Source: Epiperipatus broadwayi
Lineage: Eukaryota > Animalia > Onychophora
Assembly (NCBI GenBank): GCA_028023455.1
Contig: JAQFVV010000007.1
Coordinates: 1,426,001 to 1,490,000 of the forward strand
DNA: 64,000 nucleotides
Reading direction: 5' to 3'
The notes beneath the pieces were generated by a model that made no database searches, was not told the DNA's origin, and was given only the letters and a program-made list of their open reading frames with translations. A program made the position numbers and the translations under genes. Below are positions 63,401 to 64,000 of this stretch, piece after piece (position 1 is the stretch's first letter; each line of letters begins with the position of its first letter).

Positions 63401-64000
63401 TTTTCTGAATATTCTCACCTAAACCCTATTTGCCACTTTTTCTACTTCACAATACCAGTCCTGATATTCATCCCCAGAAAATCCTTCCATGATTTCTTCT
63501 TCTTTTATTTTATATTCTTCTAACTTATCATTCATTGTCCATCCACATCTTTCACTATTCTTTCTATTTTTATTACAATATTAACCATTTCTATTATAAA
63601 AAAATTATGGTCACTATTACATACTCTCTCTTCTCTATCAAACACTTTAATTTTTCATACTTTATTCATTTCCTCTATCTTTACTAATTCATAATCTATT
63701 GTGTGAAATTTATTATTTCTAGACCATGTGCATTGTCCCTCATAAATATGACAAATTCTCAAATTCATCCTCTGACAAAAATTCTTCAAAAGATGTCCAT
63801 TCTTGTTATCTACATCATCAATTTCTTTAATATGACCATTCATATCCCCATTCTCTTTTCCTTTTCTTTGAAACTCTGTATATCCTTAACTAGGTATTCA
63901 TATATGCTATTGTTCCACTTCACTATAGTTTTACTATTTCTATTGGCTATATACACTATAGCCACCATCCATTCTTGTTTTTCTAATCCTATCTCAAACC
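60430..64000 (-). mobile_element. Longer degenerate copy of the LINE family at 53304 (EN, RT, CCHC, 3' UTR), interrupted at ~60903-61441
   Basis: Minus strand GDMNGH/TIDY (EN), GKASGLDG, FIDIEKAY, LFADDII. 60430-60900 and 61441-61560 match 53900-54440 at the nucleotide level. Confidence 0.88.

Overview
Very AT-rich eukaryotic (arthropod-like) genomic DNA. The only host gene is SF3B4 (SAP49/Spx, U2 snRNP), on the minus strand. Coding exons 1-4 lie at 56939-56906, 56669-56586, 23550-23405 and 16241-16113. They splice in frame with GT-AG sites into [24 protein letters not shown]...FGVILQTPK; later exons lie beyond the left edge. Intron 2 is 33 kb and intron 4 is over 16 kb, and most of that length is nested transposable elements. 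The elements are: a partly tandem Ty3/Gypsy with 1.6-kb LTRs; a short-LTR Mag-type Gypsy derivative; a large LTR element with a pol-less 3-kb-LTR relative nested in its gag; a Chapaev3-like DNA transposon; a Merlin nested in a Merlin, with a LINE in its TIR; RTE, Tx1/L1-like and other LINE relics; and a 1.45-kb fold-back. Two highlights stand out. (1) The Mag-type element at 18365-21092 has replaced its RT-RNaseH-integrase core with about 540 nt of uninterrupted coiled-coil coding sequence that aligns without gaps to CEP83 (recalled human sequence), in frame at both junctions, which suggests LTR-mediated capture of a host mRNA. (2) The giant palindrome near the exon 2 donor is capped at both ends by Penelope-type minimal hammerhead ribozyme motifs, one of them with an intact core. 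Most short ORFs in the supplied track are spurious or TE fragments. All alignments were done by eye; no database searches were run.
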